Below are positions 46,914 through 57,139 of a stretch of DNA of 64,000 bases, piece by piece. The notes beneath the pieces are model-generated. The model was given only the letters and a program-made list of their open reading frames with translations, was not told the origin of the DNA and searched no databases. A program made the translations under genes and the position numbers. Position 1 is the first letter of the stretch, and each line of letters begins with the position of its first letter. This DNA is from Bacteroidia bacterium (GTDB lineage: Bacteria > Bacteroidota > Bacteroidia > Bacteroidales > UBA7960): NCBI GenBank assembly GCA_007695305.1, contig REEA01000095.1:126-64125 (forward strand), given 5' to 3'.

Positions 46914-49439
46914 TTACTCCTGTTGTCTCAAAATTTGTTCCAAAGTAATTTCGTCTTTAATTTTCACTTCACGGGCTTTGCTTCCTTCGAAAGGTCCTAC
47001 GATACCTGCTGCTTCCAGTTGATCGATAATTCTGCCGGCACGGTTGTATCCAAGTTTTAGCTTTCTCTGAATCAGCGATGTTGAGCCTTGTTGGGTTGCG
47101 ACGATAATTCTTGCTGCATCTGCAAAGAGTTCATCTCTTTCGGAAGGATCCATGTTTTCGGGGATTGACGAGTCGTCATCAAAATACTCCGGCAGGTTAA
47201 AGGCGTCGGGGTATGCTCTTTGGGAACCGATAAATTCAGTAATTCGTTCGATCTCATGTGTGTCGATAAAGGCACATTGCAGCCTGATGAGGTCGCTGCC
47301 GGTGGACAGCAGCATGTCGCCCCGGCCGACGAGCTGGTCTGCGCCCCCGCTGTCCAGGATTGTCCGGGAATCAACTTTGGCGGTAACCCTGAACGCGATA
47401 CGGGCGGGAAAATTGGCTTTGATGGTTCCGGTAATGATGTTTACCGACGGACGCTGTGTGGCAATCACAAGGTGCAGGCCTACGGCTCTTGCCAGCTGGG
47501 CAAGGCGTGCGATTGGCAATTCAATCTCCTTGCCGGCGGTCATGATCAGGTCTGCAAATTCATCAATAAAGAGAATGATGTATGGGAGAAAACGGTGACC
47601 TTCGTTTGGATTCAGCTTTCTTGCTATGAATTTTGTGTTGTATTCCTTGATGTTTCGTGCCTGGGCATCTTTGAGCAGGTCATAGCGATTGTCCATTTCC
47701 ACACACAAAGAGTTAATTGTCCTAACCACCTGCCGGGTTTCAGTTACGATAGCTTCTTCTGCATCAGGCAGCTTGGCCAGATAGTGTCGTTCAATCTTTG
47801 AAAAAAGATTGAGCTCTACTTTCTTGGGGTCAACCAGTACAAATTTGACGTAAGCAGGATGCTTTTTATATAAAATGGAAGTAAGAATTGCGTTGAGGCC
47901 CACTGATTTCCCCTGTCCTGTTGCACCGGCCATCAAAAGGTGTGGCATTTTAGTGAGGTCGGCGATGAATGTTTCGTTGGCAATGGTTTTTCCCAGTCCG
48001 ATGGGCAGATCAAAGCCGGAATTGCGAAAACGTTCGCTGCCGAGGATGGATTTCATGGATACTATTTCCGGGTTGCTGTTGGGAACCTCTATGCCGATGG
48101 TACCACGCCCGGGGATAGGTGCAATAATCCGGATGCCAAGAGCCGACAAGCTTAATGCAATGTCGTTTTCCAGGTTCTTTATTTTTGAAATGCGTATACC
48201 CGGGGCAGGCACTATTTCATATAAAGTAACAGTCGGGCCAACCGTGGCTTTGATCCGGTCTATTTCGATGGCATAATTTCTCAGGGTTTCTATGATCCTG
48301 TTTTTGTTGTCTTCCAGCTCCTGCTTGTTTATCTGGATGTTGCCACTACCGCGGTCGTCGAGCAGACTCAGATCCGGCAAGCGGTAACGGGGCAAATCAA
48401 GGGTTGGGTCGTATTCACCAAGCTGATTCATATCCTGTTCGCCATTGCTGTCCGATTGGAAGGGTTCCCTGATCTCCTGGTAGTCGCTACCGGTGATCTT
48501 CCCGTTGGCAATTTCAATTTCCAGCTCAGGGTCTTCTGTTTCTGACCGGGCACCGGTATCAATGGTTTCGGTTCCCGGATCGTCACTCAATGCCCCTTCT
48601 GCCCGGTGTGTAGTGAGCGGGTTGTCATATGGCTGATCATCCGGTTGTCCTTCATGATGGTCTTCTTCCTTCCGGAGATCGCCGGTTTCTTCCTCTTCTT
48701 GCGAACTTATCGCCATCCCGTTGTTTTCCGGCTGATCTTCTGCTTCAGGTTTTGACTTCCCGGGAAACAGGCCTTTGATACGTAAAGGGAGCATCTTATT
48801 CAGCGCACGGAGGCTCGGATCAAAAGCAATGATCACAAAGGTGCCCATGGTGAACAGCAAAATAATGGCGGTTCCCGCCTTCCCTGACAGCCCGTTGAGG
48901 AACCGGGCAGCTTCATACCCAAATGTGCCCCCAAGTATCAGTAAGTCACCCGCTGATATGATATAACCAAAGAATACTGACGTCCAGATCAATATAAATA
49001 ATGAGATGGCCAATGTTCTACCCAGGTGCAACAATCTTATGTTTGTCAGCAACCTGAAACCCCACAGAAAAAATATCAATAAAAACAGGAAAGAAGAAAT
49101 GCCAAACCATTGTTTGATAAAAAGGTGAGACATAATGGCACCGAGCCTTCCCATCATGTTATCTGCCTGCACCGATGTGTCTGTCAGCAATTCCCAGTTG
49201 AGTGCCCTTCCGTTGAGGATAGCATCATCAGCTTTCCAGCTAAAGAGGTAAGAACTGAATGCCAGTAACAGGAAAATACTCAGCAACAAAAAAAACAGGC
49301 CAATCGCTTTTTGCAAACGGCGGTTTTTGAAAAAATCCCCCAGGGACGACCATGTTATATCCCTCCCTTCAATATCGCCGGTCTGTTTATTATTCTGCGG
49401 CTTAAAAGTGTTTCTTCTGTTGGTTGCGTTTTTGGGCAT
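46914..49439 (-). CDS. ftsK: DNA translocase FtsK
   Basis: N-terminal TM segments and an acidic/Pro-rich linker. Walker A GATGQGKSV, Walker B LFIDEFADL, and a gamma winged-helix STSLIQRKLKLGYNRAGRIIDQLE. Confidence 0.93.
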   Translation of the reverse strand: MPKNATNRRNTFKPQNNKQTGDIEGRDITWSSLGDFFKNRRLQKAIGLFFLLLSIFLLLAFSSYLFSWKADDAILNGRALNWELLTDTSVQADNMMGRLGAIMSHLFIKQWFGISSFLFLLIFFLWGFRLLTNIRLLHLGRTLAISLFILIWTSVFFGYIISAGDLLILGGTFGYEAARFLNGLSGKAGTAIILLFTMGTFVIIAFDPSLRALNKMLPLRIKGLFPGKSKPEAEDQPENNGMAISSQEEEETGDLRKEEDHHEGQPDDQPYDNPLTTHRAEGALSDDPGTETIDTGARSETEDPELEIEIANGKITGSDYQEIREPFQSDSNGEQDMNQLGEYDPTLDLPRYRLPDLSLLDDRGSGNIQINKQELEDNKNRIIETLRNYAIEIDRIKATVGPTVTLYEIVPAPGIRISKIKNLENDIALSLSALGIRIIAPIPGRGTIGIEVPNSNPEIVSMKSILGSERFRNSGFDLPIGLGKTIANETFIADLTKMPHLLMAGATGQGKSVGLNAILTSILYKKHPAYVKFVLVDPKKVELNLFSKIERHYLAKLPDAEEAIVTETRQVVRTINSLCVEMDNRYDLLKDAQARNIKEYNTKFIARKLNPNEGHRFLPYIILFIDEFADLIMTAGKEIELPIARLAQLARAVGLHLVIATQRPSVNIITGTIKANFPARIAFRVTAKVDSRTILDSGGADQLVGRGDMLLSTGSDLIRLQCAFIDTHEIERITEFIGSQRAYPDAFNLPEYFDDDSSIPENMDPSERDELFADAARIIVATQQGSTSLIQRKLKLGYNRAGRIIDQLEAAGIVGPFEGSKAREVKIKDEITLEQILRQQE

Positions 49440-49485
49440 GGTGATTCCTGTGGTTTAAAAGAAGTCAAAGGTACAAAATCAGGCC

Positions 49486-50883
49486 CTAAAAACCGAGGGT
49501 TTTCAACATGGACTTATAGCTCTGTTCTTTAGCAAACAGCTTTGTATTGTATTCTCCTTCCTCGTCCCTGTCGATGATCACCAGTTTCGGAGCAGGTATC
49601 AGGCAATGTTGCAGCCCACCGAAACCACCCAGTGTTTCCTGATAGGCTCCCGTATGGAACATACCAATGTACTGTGTAAGGCCTTCTTTTATCTTTGGAA
49701 GGAAAACGGCGTTTGCATGCGACTCGGCATTATAATAATCCTGGCTGTCACAGGTGAGCCCTCCCAGGTTCACCCGCTCGTATTCTTCATCCCAGTTGTT
49801 AAGCGCCAGTAGTATAAACCTTTGTTTGCTTGCCCAAATGTCCGGCAGGGTGGTCATAAAACTGCTGTCAATCATGTTCCATCTCTCTCTGTCATTCTGC
49901 TGTTTTTGATCCAGAACAGAGTACAGCACGGCGCCGCTTTCTCCAACTGTAAACGCACCAAACTCCGTAAAAATATCAGGGTCGGGAACACCATGCTGAC
50001 GGCAAATCATTTTAATCTGCGCAATGATCTCTTCGGTCATGTATTCATAATCATACTCAAAAGCCAGTGAGTTTTTAACCGGAAATCCCCCACCGATATT
50101 CAAGCTGTCCAACTCAGGACAAATTTTCTTCAATTCGCAATACACATTCACACACTTGGATAACTCATTCCAGTAATATGCATTGTCCTTAATACCTGTA
50201 TTGATGAAGAAATGGAGCATTTTCAGTTCAAAACGAGGATCATTTTTAATATGTGACTCATAATAAGGCACGATATCGTTATACCTGATTCCCAGTCTGG
50301 ACGTATAAAATTCGAACATGGGTTCTTCTTCAGCGGCAATCCGTATTCCGAGCTTGCATTTTCTGTCTTTGCGGATCAGTTGATGATAGATATGTATTTC
50401 ATTTTTGTTATCGATGACCGGGATGGTATTTTCAAAGCCGTTGTTTATCAAATCACTGATTTTCTCTGTATAGAGCGGACGCTTGAAACCGTTACAGACA
50501 ATATATCTTGATTTGTCGATCAGCCCCAGGTTCAGCAGTTCTTCCACAATAAAAATGTCAAAAGCGGAGGACGTTTCAATATGAATGTCATTTTTTAAAG
50601 CTTCTTCCAGAACAAAAATAAAATGGGAACTTTTCGTACAATAGCAATAGTGATACTCACCGCTATAGTCAACCCTGGCCATTGCAACATTGAACATCCT
50701 TTTTGCTTTCTGAATTTGTTGACTGATTTTGGGCAGATAACTAATTTTCAGTGGCGTGCCATATTGCTTAACCAGGTCCATCATGCAGATGTCGTGAAAA
50801 TATAATTCATTATCAATCACTTTGAATTCTTCCTGGGGGAAGTCAAAGGTTTGTTCAATCAGGTCAATGTATTTGTTTTTCAT
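49486..50883 (-). CDS. type-III-fold PLP decarboxylase, short arginine-decarboxylase-like (Orn/DAP/Arg decarboxylase family)
   Basis: 465 aa. YGTPLKISYLP, YCYCTKSSHF, HIETSSAFD and NIGGGFPV match the approximately 465-aa arginine decarboxylase class I recall from Flavobacteria. Confidence 0.65.
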   Translation of the reverse strand: MKNKYIDLIEQTFDFPQEEFKVIDNELYFHDICMMDLVKQYGTPLKISYLPKISQQIQKAKRMFNVAMARVDYSGEYHYCYCTKSSHFIFVLEEALKNDIHIETSSAFDIFIVEELLNLGLIDKSRYIVCNGFKRPLYTEKISDLINNGFENTIPVIDNKNEIHIYHQLIRKDRKCKLGIRIAAEEEPMFEFYTSRLGIRYNDIVPYYESHIKNDPRFELKMLHFFINTGIKDNAYYWNELSKCVNVYCELKKICPELDSLNIGGGFPVKNSLAFEYDYEYMTEEIIAQIKMICRQHGVPDPDIFTEFGAFTVGESGAVLYSVLDQKQQNDRERWNMIDSSFMTTLPDIWASKQRFILLALNNWDEEYERVNLGGLTCDSQDYYNAESHANAVFLPKIKEGLTQYIGMFHTGAYQETLGGFGGLQHCLIPAPKLVIIDRDEEGEYNTKLFAKEQSYKSMLKTLGF

Positions 50884-51133
50884 TTATTTTCCCTTTTTTT
50901 TAGCTGCACAGTTTTTATGGTTGGATGTTCCTGTGTGAAAAAGCGGATGACATTTCTTTGTGATAACGAAAAAAACAATCAAATGGTTTTAAGTAAGTGA
51001 AATGGATGGTCTTTTTTTGAGCAATCCGCGTCACTTACATTGTGATATAAAGAAAAAGCAAATATAAAATAAATGCGTATACAGACTTTGATTTTATTCA
51101 ATTAGTTGCTTGTTTATGCTGCGGTGATCAAAG

Positions 51134-51526
51134 TTACCTGTTGAGGTTTTTTGCCTGATTGTTTTGGATTTTGTTTTTAATCCATAATCCCAATGAGATA
51201 ATGAGGGCAAAAAGCCATCCTGCCAATGTAATTACATCGGCGGTTTGTGCGGAGATGTTGATTGCCAGGAGGCGATTGAGAATATACTGTACGTAGGATA
51301 CAGGAAGTCCGGTTTTACCCAGTTCATCGAGGACTTTCCAGTGCCAGTCGGTGATCGGGCAATAGCCTATGCCGTAAAAAATGCCCAGCAGAAACCATGA
51401 TGCGCCGGTTAGCAGTACCACGATGAGATGGGCGGGTCTGAGTTTTGGTATCAGCCACCCGCTTAAAATAAAGATAATGAGCAAGGAGTGGAATACCACA
51501 AAAAATATATCCAGTACGTACAGCAT
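51134..51526 (-). CDS. small integral membrane protein (DUF2784-like)
   Basis: 130 aa with four hydrophobic segments. The GYCPITDWHWKV block resembles DUF2784. Confidence 0.5.
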   Translation of the reverse strand: MLYVLDIFFVVFHSLLIIFILSGWLIPKLRPAHLIVVLLTGASWFLLGIFYGIGYCPITDWHWKVLDELGKTGLPVSYVQYILNRLLAINISAQTADVITLAGWLFALIISLGLWIKNKIQNNQAKNLNR

Positions 51527-51562
51527 ACAAGGTGTAATTGATACTTATTGTCAGAATACTTT

Positions 51563-53056
51563 TTACCGGATCACCCTGAGGCTTTTATCAAAGCGGATAT
51601 TTGCGGGGAAACCCCTTTCGGGAGAAAGAGAAAGCCATACAAACATTGCCCTTCCCACAACATGGTCTTCCGGTACAAAACCCCAGAATCTTGAATCGGC
51701 CGAATTGTGCCGGTTGTCGCCTACCATCCAGTAGTAATCCATTTCAAAAGTATAGGTGGTACGCTCTTCTCCATTTATGAGTATCCTGTCTTCTTCTATT
51801 TTCAGGTCATTTCCTTCATAGACATTGATGATCCGTTCATAAAGCACGATGTTTTCTTTATTGATTTCCACCGTTGCACCTTTTTGAGGGATATACAGGG
51901 GGCCGAAATTGTCTTCGTTCCAGGGGAATGCAGGATCATGGGGGAAAATGTGGCGCTCTCCCCGGCCGTGTTCGCGCACAATTCTTTCCATGCTGGTTAC
52001 GAGATCCAGGTTATGGATTTCGGCAGCAGCGTCCGGTGTCATGGAAAGGATATAATGGTTTGGCCCCATTTGTCTCCATTCGGTGATGTTGAATCTGTTA
52101 AGTATACGTTGCGAGACTGGTCTCCCGTCGGTTTGCAGCCGGTAATTATGCTGCACATTTTCGGGGTCGGGGAGGGGATTTCCGTTAATAAATATGGCAG
52201 CGTCACGCATTTCAAAAGTATCGCCCGGGATGGCGACGCAACGTTTGATGTAGTTTTCTCTTTTGTCAACCGGTCTGCTGATCACATCATAGTGTTGCCA
52301 AACGGTTTCTCTTCCCAATTCCTGAACCAACCTGTAGTAAGAGATATGCTGGTCCTGCAGGGCCACCGTATCTCCTTCCGGATAATGAAACACCACAACA
52401 TGGTTGTTGTCGATGCTGCGCAAAGCCGGGAATCTGTAGTGGGGCAGGCTGATCCATTCGAGATAGGATCGGGTATGCTCCGTGGTTGGCAGGGTGTGAT
52501 GGGCAAACGGAAAGGCAATGGGGGTTCTCGGGACTTTGGGCCCGTAACTGATCTTGCTCACAAACAGGTAATCACCCACGAGCAATGATTTTTCCATGGA
52601 GGAAGTAGGGATGGTATAGGCTTCCAGCATGAATGTCCTGATGAATGTGGCTGCGATAACAGCAAAGATGATGGCGTCGGCCCATTCGCGAAGTCCGGAT
52701 TTTTTAATCACCGGCAGTTTCGAAGGATGGGTGTATTTTTCATTAGGGGAGAAGCCAAGCAGGGGCAAAAATATAAACGGGAAAAGCACGCCTAGGGCTT
52801 GTTCACCAAGGCCATCCCGTCTGAAGCACTTCAGCGTTTCCACCACCATGAGCAATATGGTAAATACATTGATAAATGGTATCAGGATAAACAGAAACCA
52901 CCATAATGGTTTATCGATGACCTTTAACCAGATATAAAAATTATACAGTGGAATAAATGCTTCCCATCCCCGGTATCCGGCTTTCAAAAAGATCTTATAT
53001 AATCCGGCAATGGAAGCCAGGAAAAACAGGATGGTAAGAATCATATACATACTCAT
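51563..53056 (-). CDS. lepB: signal peptidase I
   Basis: Catalytic Ser box SSMEKSLLVGDYLFVSK, Lys box YIKRCVAIPGD, and GDNRHNSADSRFWGFVPEDHVVGRA. It is the long Bacteroidota form (497 aa). Confidence 0.9.
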   Translation of the reverse strand: MSMYMILTILFFLASIAGLYKIFLKAGYRGWEAFIPLYNFYIWLKVIDKPLWWFLFILIPFINVFTILLMVVETLKCFRRDGLGEQALGVLFPFIFLPLLGFSPNEKYTHPSKLPVIKKSGLREWADAIIFAVIAATFIRTFMLEAYTIPTSSMEKSLLVGDYLFVSKISYGPKVPRTPIAFPFAHHTLPTTEHTRSYLEWISLPHYRFPALRSIDNNHVVVFHYPEGDTVALQDQHISYYRLVQELGRETVWQHYDVISRPVDKRENYIKRCVAIPGDTFEMRDAAIFINGNPLPDPENVQHNYRLQTDGRPVSQRILNRFNITEWRQMGPNHYILSMTPDAAAEIHNLDLVTSMERIVREHGRGERHIFPHDPAFPWNEDNFGPLYIPQKGATVEINKENIVLYERIINVYEGNDLKIEEDRILINGEERTTYTFEMDYYWMVGDNRHNSADSRFWGFVPEDHVVGRAMFVWLSLSPERGFPANIRFDKSLRVIR

Positions 53057-53068
53057 TGTCTTGCTATT

Positions 53069-53803
53069 TTATATGTTCAACATATCTTTCATGGTGAAAA
53101 CCCCCTCTCTGTTGTATACCCATTCGGCTGCGAGCATGGCGCCTTCGGCAAATCCTGACCTGTCGTGGGAGCTATGTTTGATTTCGATGGTATCGATTTT
53201 CGACTCGTACAATACCACATGGGTTCCGGTTACGTCATCCAGGCGATATGATTTAACGGGCAAAAGGTCTTCCTGTCCTGCATATTCGTCGGCGTTGATC
53301 CATTTAGCCAGGTTATCCCTGCCTGCTACGATATCATTTGCAAGGGCGATGGCTGTACCGCTGGGCGCATCCAGTTTTTGGGAGTGGTGGCTTTCGACGA
53401 TCCGTGGGCGGTATCCTTTCATATCTGCCAGCATTGCGCCAAGCTGCCGGTTCAATGCAAAGAAGATGTTTACACCGATGCTGAAATTCGCAGCGTGGAA
53501 GAGGCAGCGACGATTTTCCTCACAGCTTCTGATGATGGCTGGCAGTTGGTTGTACCAACCTGTGGTGCCAGAAATGACCGGGATATCCATTTCGAAGCAG
53601 CGCCTGATGTTTTCCGGTGCTGTTTCGGGCGTGGTAAATTCGATGGCTGCGTCACAACCGGCCAGCTGTTCCCGTGAAGTCAGCCATTGTTCTTCATTGT
53701 CAATAACAGCGCCAACGGTATGTTTCCTTCTGAGGGCCATTATTTCGACGGCCTTTCCCATTTTTCCATAACCTATGATGGCGATCTTTAATTTTTTTTC
53801 CAT
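53069..53803 (-). CDS. dapB: 4-hydroxy-tetrahydrodipicolinate reductase
   Basis: KIAIIGYGKMGK dinucleotide fold and the signature ESHHSQKLDAPSGTA. The ATG at 53803 lies 4 nt after the upstream gene stop and is preferred over the track start at 53920. Confidence 0.9.
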   Translation of the reverse strand: MEKKLKIAIIGYGKMGKAVEIMALRRKHTVGAVIDNEEQWLTSREQLAGCDAAIEFTTPETAPENIRRCFEMDIPVISGTTGWYNQLPAIIRSCEENRRCLFHAANFSIGVNIFFALNRQLGAMLADMKGYRPRIVESHHSQKLDAPSGTAIALANDIVAGRDNLAKWINADEYAGQEDLLPVKSYRLDDVTGTHVVLYESKIDTIEIKHSSHDRSGFAEGAMLAAEWVYNREGVFTMKDMLNI

Positions 53804-53807
53804 AATG

Positions 53808-54443
53808 CTAAAACCTGATTCTAAAAGATATTTGTGCACTTGCTTTGGTGCGTCCTTCATATAGTGATGCCGGATGCAGAAAGGGTTCCAGTCCCAGGCT
53901 GAGGTCTTCGCCCACATCAAAATTCATCAGGTGGGCATCAACACTGGCATCCAGGATGTTCAGCAGGTAAAGGGCGGCAGTCAGTATGTAGGTCACTTCC
54001 AGGTTGCGCCGGTAGCCATTCATGAGCCACTCAAGCCTGTCGGTGGAGTAAAGGGGATAATCATCGACAGTATTGGGATTACCGTCAACACGGGCAATCC
54101 AGGCTTCACGCCACTTCCTGTATTCGGTATTGTTGAAATCGATGAAGTAGGCCAGCGTGCCAAAACCGGCATAGATAATGGGGATTTTCCAGTATTTTCT
54201 GTTATACACTTGTCCGAGCCCCGGAAATGTTGCCGACAACATGGCTGCTTTTGCCGGTGAGGGTGCCATGAGCTCGGTATCATGTATAACGGGCGATGTC
54301 CGGTTATTATTGATCTGGGCGGATGCTTTAACCGGAGCAATCAGCAAAATGAGAAAGAGCAAAACGAACAGGTGACAGGGAAAGCGGGTTTTTCCCCGTC
54401 TGCAAAAGAATCTTGCCGGCTTATGTTGTTTATGTATGATCAC
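53808..54443 (-). CDS. DUF5683-like membrane protein
   Basis: The block AAMLSATFPGLGQVYNRKYWKIPIIYAGFG, together with its position between parB and dapB, is typical of Bacteroidota. The start codon is uncertain: the track start is GTG and there is no ATG in the leader. Confidence 0.6.
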   Translation of the reverse strand: MIIHKQHKPARFFCRRGKTRFPCHLFVLLFLILLIAPVKASAQINNNRTSPVIHDTELMAPSPAKAAMLSATFPGLGQVYNRKYWKIPIIYAGFGTLAYFIDFNNTEYRKWREAWIARVDGNPNTVDDYPLYSTDRLEWLMNGYRRNLEVTYILTAALYLLNILDASVDAHLMNFDVGEDLSLGLEPFLHPASLYEGRTKASAQISFRIRF

Positions 54444-54460
54444 CAGGGTTTATTTGCAGA

Positions 54461-55369
54461 CTATTTTTTTAAGAGGGAAGCAATGCGTTCAAATTCGCCG
54501 GGTGATTTAAATCCAATGACAATGGAACCTTTCCCTTTTTTGTTGTTTTTGATTGTAACGGCGGTACTGAATATTTCCTCCAGTTCTTTCTGAAAGGTAA
54601 TTTGAGCTTCGGTTGGACCCGGTCGCGATGTTTTCTTAAGTTCCGGCTTTTCTTCCTGCTGATCCAGGTCTTCCAGGTTTTTTATAATTTCTTCGACCTC
54701 CCTTACGGACAGATGTTGATCCAGGATGTCCTGGTATAGGTCATTGAGTGTTTGCAGGTCACGAACGGCCAGTAAAGCCTTGGCATGTCCCATGCTGATG
54801 AGTTCCTGTCGCAATCCGATCTGTATTTCACCCGGTAAATTGAGCAGTCGCAGGTGGTTGCTGATGGATGGCCGGCTTTTTCCCAGTCTTTCGCTGAGTT
54901 TTTCCTGTGTGAGTCCGTGATCTTCAATGAGCTGTTTATAACCAAGTGCGATTTCGACGGGGTTTAGGTTTTCCCTTTGGATATTTTCTACGATGGCTAT
55001 CTCAAGCATTGCCCGGTCTTCTGCAATCACAATATAAGCAGGGATATCAGCCAGTCCGGCCATTTTTGCTGCTTTTAACCTGCGTTCACCCGAAACAAGC
55101 TGCAATGTATTATCTTCAGTTTTCCGAAGAGTGACCGGTTGAATAACGCCTTGTTCTTTGATGGAAGTTGCCAATTCGTTCATTGCTTCAGCATCGAAGT
55201 TGCTTCTTGGCTGGTAGGGGTTTGGCTCAATGATGTCGATGGGGACCTTGCCGACCGTACCTACGGCAAGCAGATCTTTGTTGACATCATAATAGCTTTT
55301 GTCTTCGAAGCCTGATCTGTCGAGCAATGCACTTAAGCCCTTTCCGAGGGCGCGTTTTTTGGCGTTCAT
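54461..55369 (-). CDS. parB: chromosome partitioning protein ParB/Spo0J
   Basis: IQPVTLR, the GERRLKAAKMAGL box and an HTH region. Its start overlaps the parA stop by 4 nt. Confidence 0.92.
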   Translation of the reverse strand: MNAKKRALGKGLSALLDRSGFEDKSYYDVNKDLLAVGTVGKVPIDIIEPNPYQPRSNFDAEAMNELATSIKEQGVIQPVTLRKTEDNTLQLVSGERRLKAAKMAGLADIPAYIVIAEDRAMLEIAIVENIQRENLNPVEIALGYKQLIEDHGLTQEKLSERLGKSRPSISNHLRLLNLPGEIQIGLRQELISMGHAKALLAVRDLQTLNDLYQDILDQHLSVREVEEIIKNLEDLDQQEEKPELKKTSRPGPTEAQITFQKELEEIFSTAVTIKNNKKGKGSIVIGFKSPGEFERIASLLKK

Positions 55370-56169
55370 ATTTCTATCTTTTTGGCTGCTTTGTCCATTT
55401 GTGTCAAGCCATTATTTTGCAGGATTTCACGCGCAAGGTTCAGGTGATTCAGGGAGCCCCTGCTTTCGGCATCGTGCATGATAATGGTTTCTCCAAAGCT
55501 GGGAGCTTCACCCAATTTGGTGTTGCGGTATATAATGGTTTCAAAAACCAGATCCCGGAAATGGGATTTCACTTCTTCAACCACCTGGTTGGCCAGCCTC
55601 AGCCTTGAGTCGTACATAGTTAATAAAATGCCCTCTATTTCCAGTGCTGTGTTGAGGCGGGTCTGTACGATTTTAATGGTGTTTAGCAACTTACCAAGAC
55701 CCTCCAGGGCAAAGTATTCGCATTGTACCGGGATGATAACCGAATCTGCAGCTGTAAGCGCATTTACGGTAATCAAACCAAGTGAGGGTGAGCAATCAAT
55801 GATCACAAAATCATATTGATTTTTGATTTTTTCGATTACCTTTCTCATCATTTTTTCCCTGTTGGGCAGGTTGATCATCTCTATTTCGGCCCCTACCAAA
55901 TCGATATGTGCCGGGATCAGATGCAGATTTGGGGTGCTTGTTTCAATAACGATGTCGGCGGGATAGACATCGTCAATGATACATTCGTAAATGCTTGTTT
56001 TTACGTGCTTTGGATCAATACCAACGCCGGATGTGGCATTGGACTGGGGGTCGGCATCAATCAAAAGGGTTTTGTATTCAAGTACGGACAGGCTGGCGGC
56101 CAGGTTGATCGCGGTGGTGGTTTTGCCCACGCCTCCCTTTTGATTTGCTATGGCGATAACTTTACTCAT
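55366..56169 (-). CDS. parA: chromosome partitioning ATPase ParA/Soj
   Basis: Deviant Walker A KGGVGKTTT. The ATG at 56169 (MSKVIAIANQKGG) is preferred. Confidence 0.92.
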   Translation of the reverse strand: MSKVIAIANQKGGVGKTTTAINLAASLSVLEYKTLLIDADPQSNATSGVGIDPKHVKTSIYECIIDDVYPADIVIETSTPNLHLIPAHIDLVGAEIEMINLPNREKMMRKVIEKIKNQYDFVIIDCSPSLGLITVNALTAADSVIIPVQCEYFALEGLGKLLNTIKIVQTRLNTALEIEGILLTMYDSRLRLANQVVEEVKSHFRDLVFETIIYRNTKLGEAPSFGETIIMHDAESRGSLNHLNLAREILQNNGLTQMDKAAKKIEI

Positions 56170-56330
56170 GGTATGTTTGGATGAAATAAATGGCTGTAAA
56201 AGCATCAATGGTTTTACAGCCTGAATTATACTATTTAGGTGCCCACATGCAAAATTACAATTTCTGCTTGCTTTCGGGTCACTATTTACAAAAAAAAACG
56301 AACACGACCTTTAAATAACTCTAGGTCAGA

Positions 56331-57128
56331 CTACTGCATGTTTTCCTGGGTCCAGTCAATTTCAGACCCAAACAAACTATGAGGGATAAGATATATCAGG
56401 AGCAAAACGATGGAGGCTACCAATACCCAGGTTCTGTGATAAGGATTTTTCCTGATCTTGAAAAATGCAATGATCCAAAAAATCAGCGAAAAGGCAGTTT
56501 TGTTATCGGTCAGGTCAGTACCAAACGGCCATCCTGTCCACCAATCGCCAAAGGCGTACTTCTGAACTATTGGTCCGAAGATGAGTCCTCCCAATACAAA
56601 TGTTGCCAGGGTCCATATAGTCAACCTGTAGGTGCGCTCTTTGAAAATTGCCGCAATTCCGGCCCGCATGCTAAAGAGCATGGCTGCGAACATAAGGATC
56701 ACGTGCGGGATCAAAGCCCAGGCCGGCACATCGTCGCGAAACCTGATAATAATGGGTTCTTCAGAGAGTTTTACCTTTTCCTCTCCTTTTTCCAGGATGA
56801 TCTGGTACATCACCTTTCCGGCGGCCGGTTGCTGCGGAATGTAGGCAATGAGATGGTCTTCGGCGCGCACCAGGGGAATGGTGTCCCATTTGTCAAAACT
56901 GGGATATCGCTTGTATCTGAAATATCCGTCAACATCCCTGTTTTCAACTTTTACCCTGGCCGGTGCATCGGTAGGCCGGGGAAAACTACGGATCAGCCTG
57001 ATGCTGATCTCCTCTCCGGCGATTTCCACACTTCCGCGATAAGGATGGGTTGGTCCGGTCATTCGCTGATATATGGCGCTTGACAATGTGATCACAATGG
57101 CAATGATCCAAAATAAAACATTTTTCAT
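56331..57128 (-). CDS. hypothetical integral membrane protein (N-terminal TM, roughly 120-aa extracytoplasmic domain, four C-terminal TMs)
   Basis: This call rests on hydrophobicity pattern only. No family motif was recognised. It starts 11 nt downstream of the GH3/beta-lactamase gene on the same strand. Confidence 0.5.
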   Translation of the reverse strand: MKNVLFWIIAIVITLSSAIYQRMTGPTHPYRGSVEIAGEEISIRLIRSFPRPTDAPARVKVENRDVDGYFRYKRYPSFDKWDTIPLVRAEDHLIAYIPQQPAAGKVMYQIILEKGEEKVKLSEEPIIIRFRDDVPAWALIPHVILMFAAMLFSMRAGIAAIFKERTYRLTIWTLATFVLGGLIFGPIVQKYAFGDWWTGWPFGTDLTDNKTAFSLIFWIIAFFKIRKNPYHRTWVLVASIVLLLIYLIPHSLFGSEIDWTQENMQ

Positions 57129-57139
57129 TAGCTGCTCAT

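Noticed and set aside
51707-52588. A long antisense ORF (293 aa) inside lepB. Similar embedded antisense ORFs occur at 53010-53771, 56379-57083, 58505-59182, 59303-60031, 44586-45251, 18505-19110, 35856-36371 and 36047-36544.
   Set aside because: Each lies wholly within, and opposite to, a gene that carries strong family motifs. Their translations are low-complexity or Cys/Arg/His-rich with no recognisable motifs. They are treated as frame artefacts.
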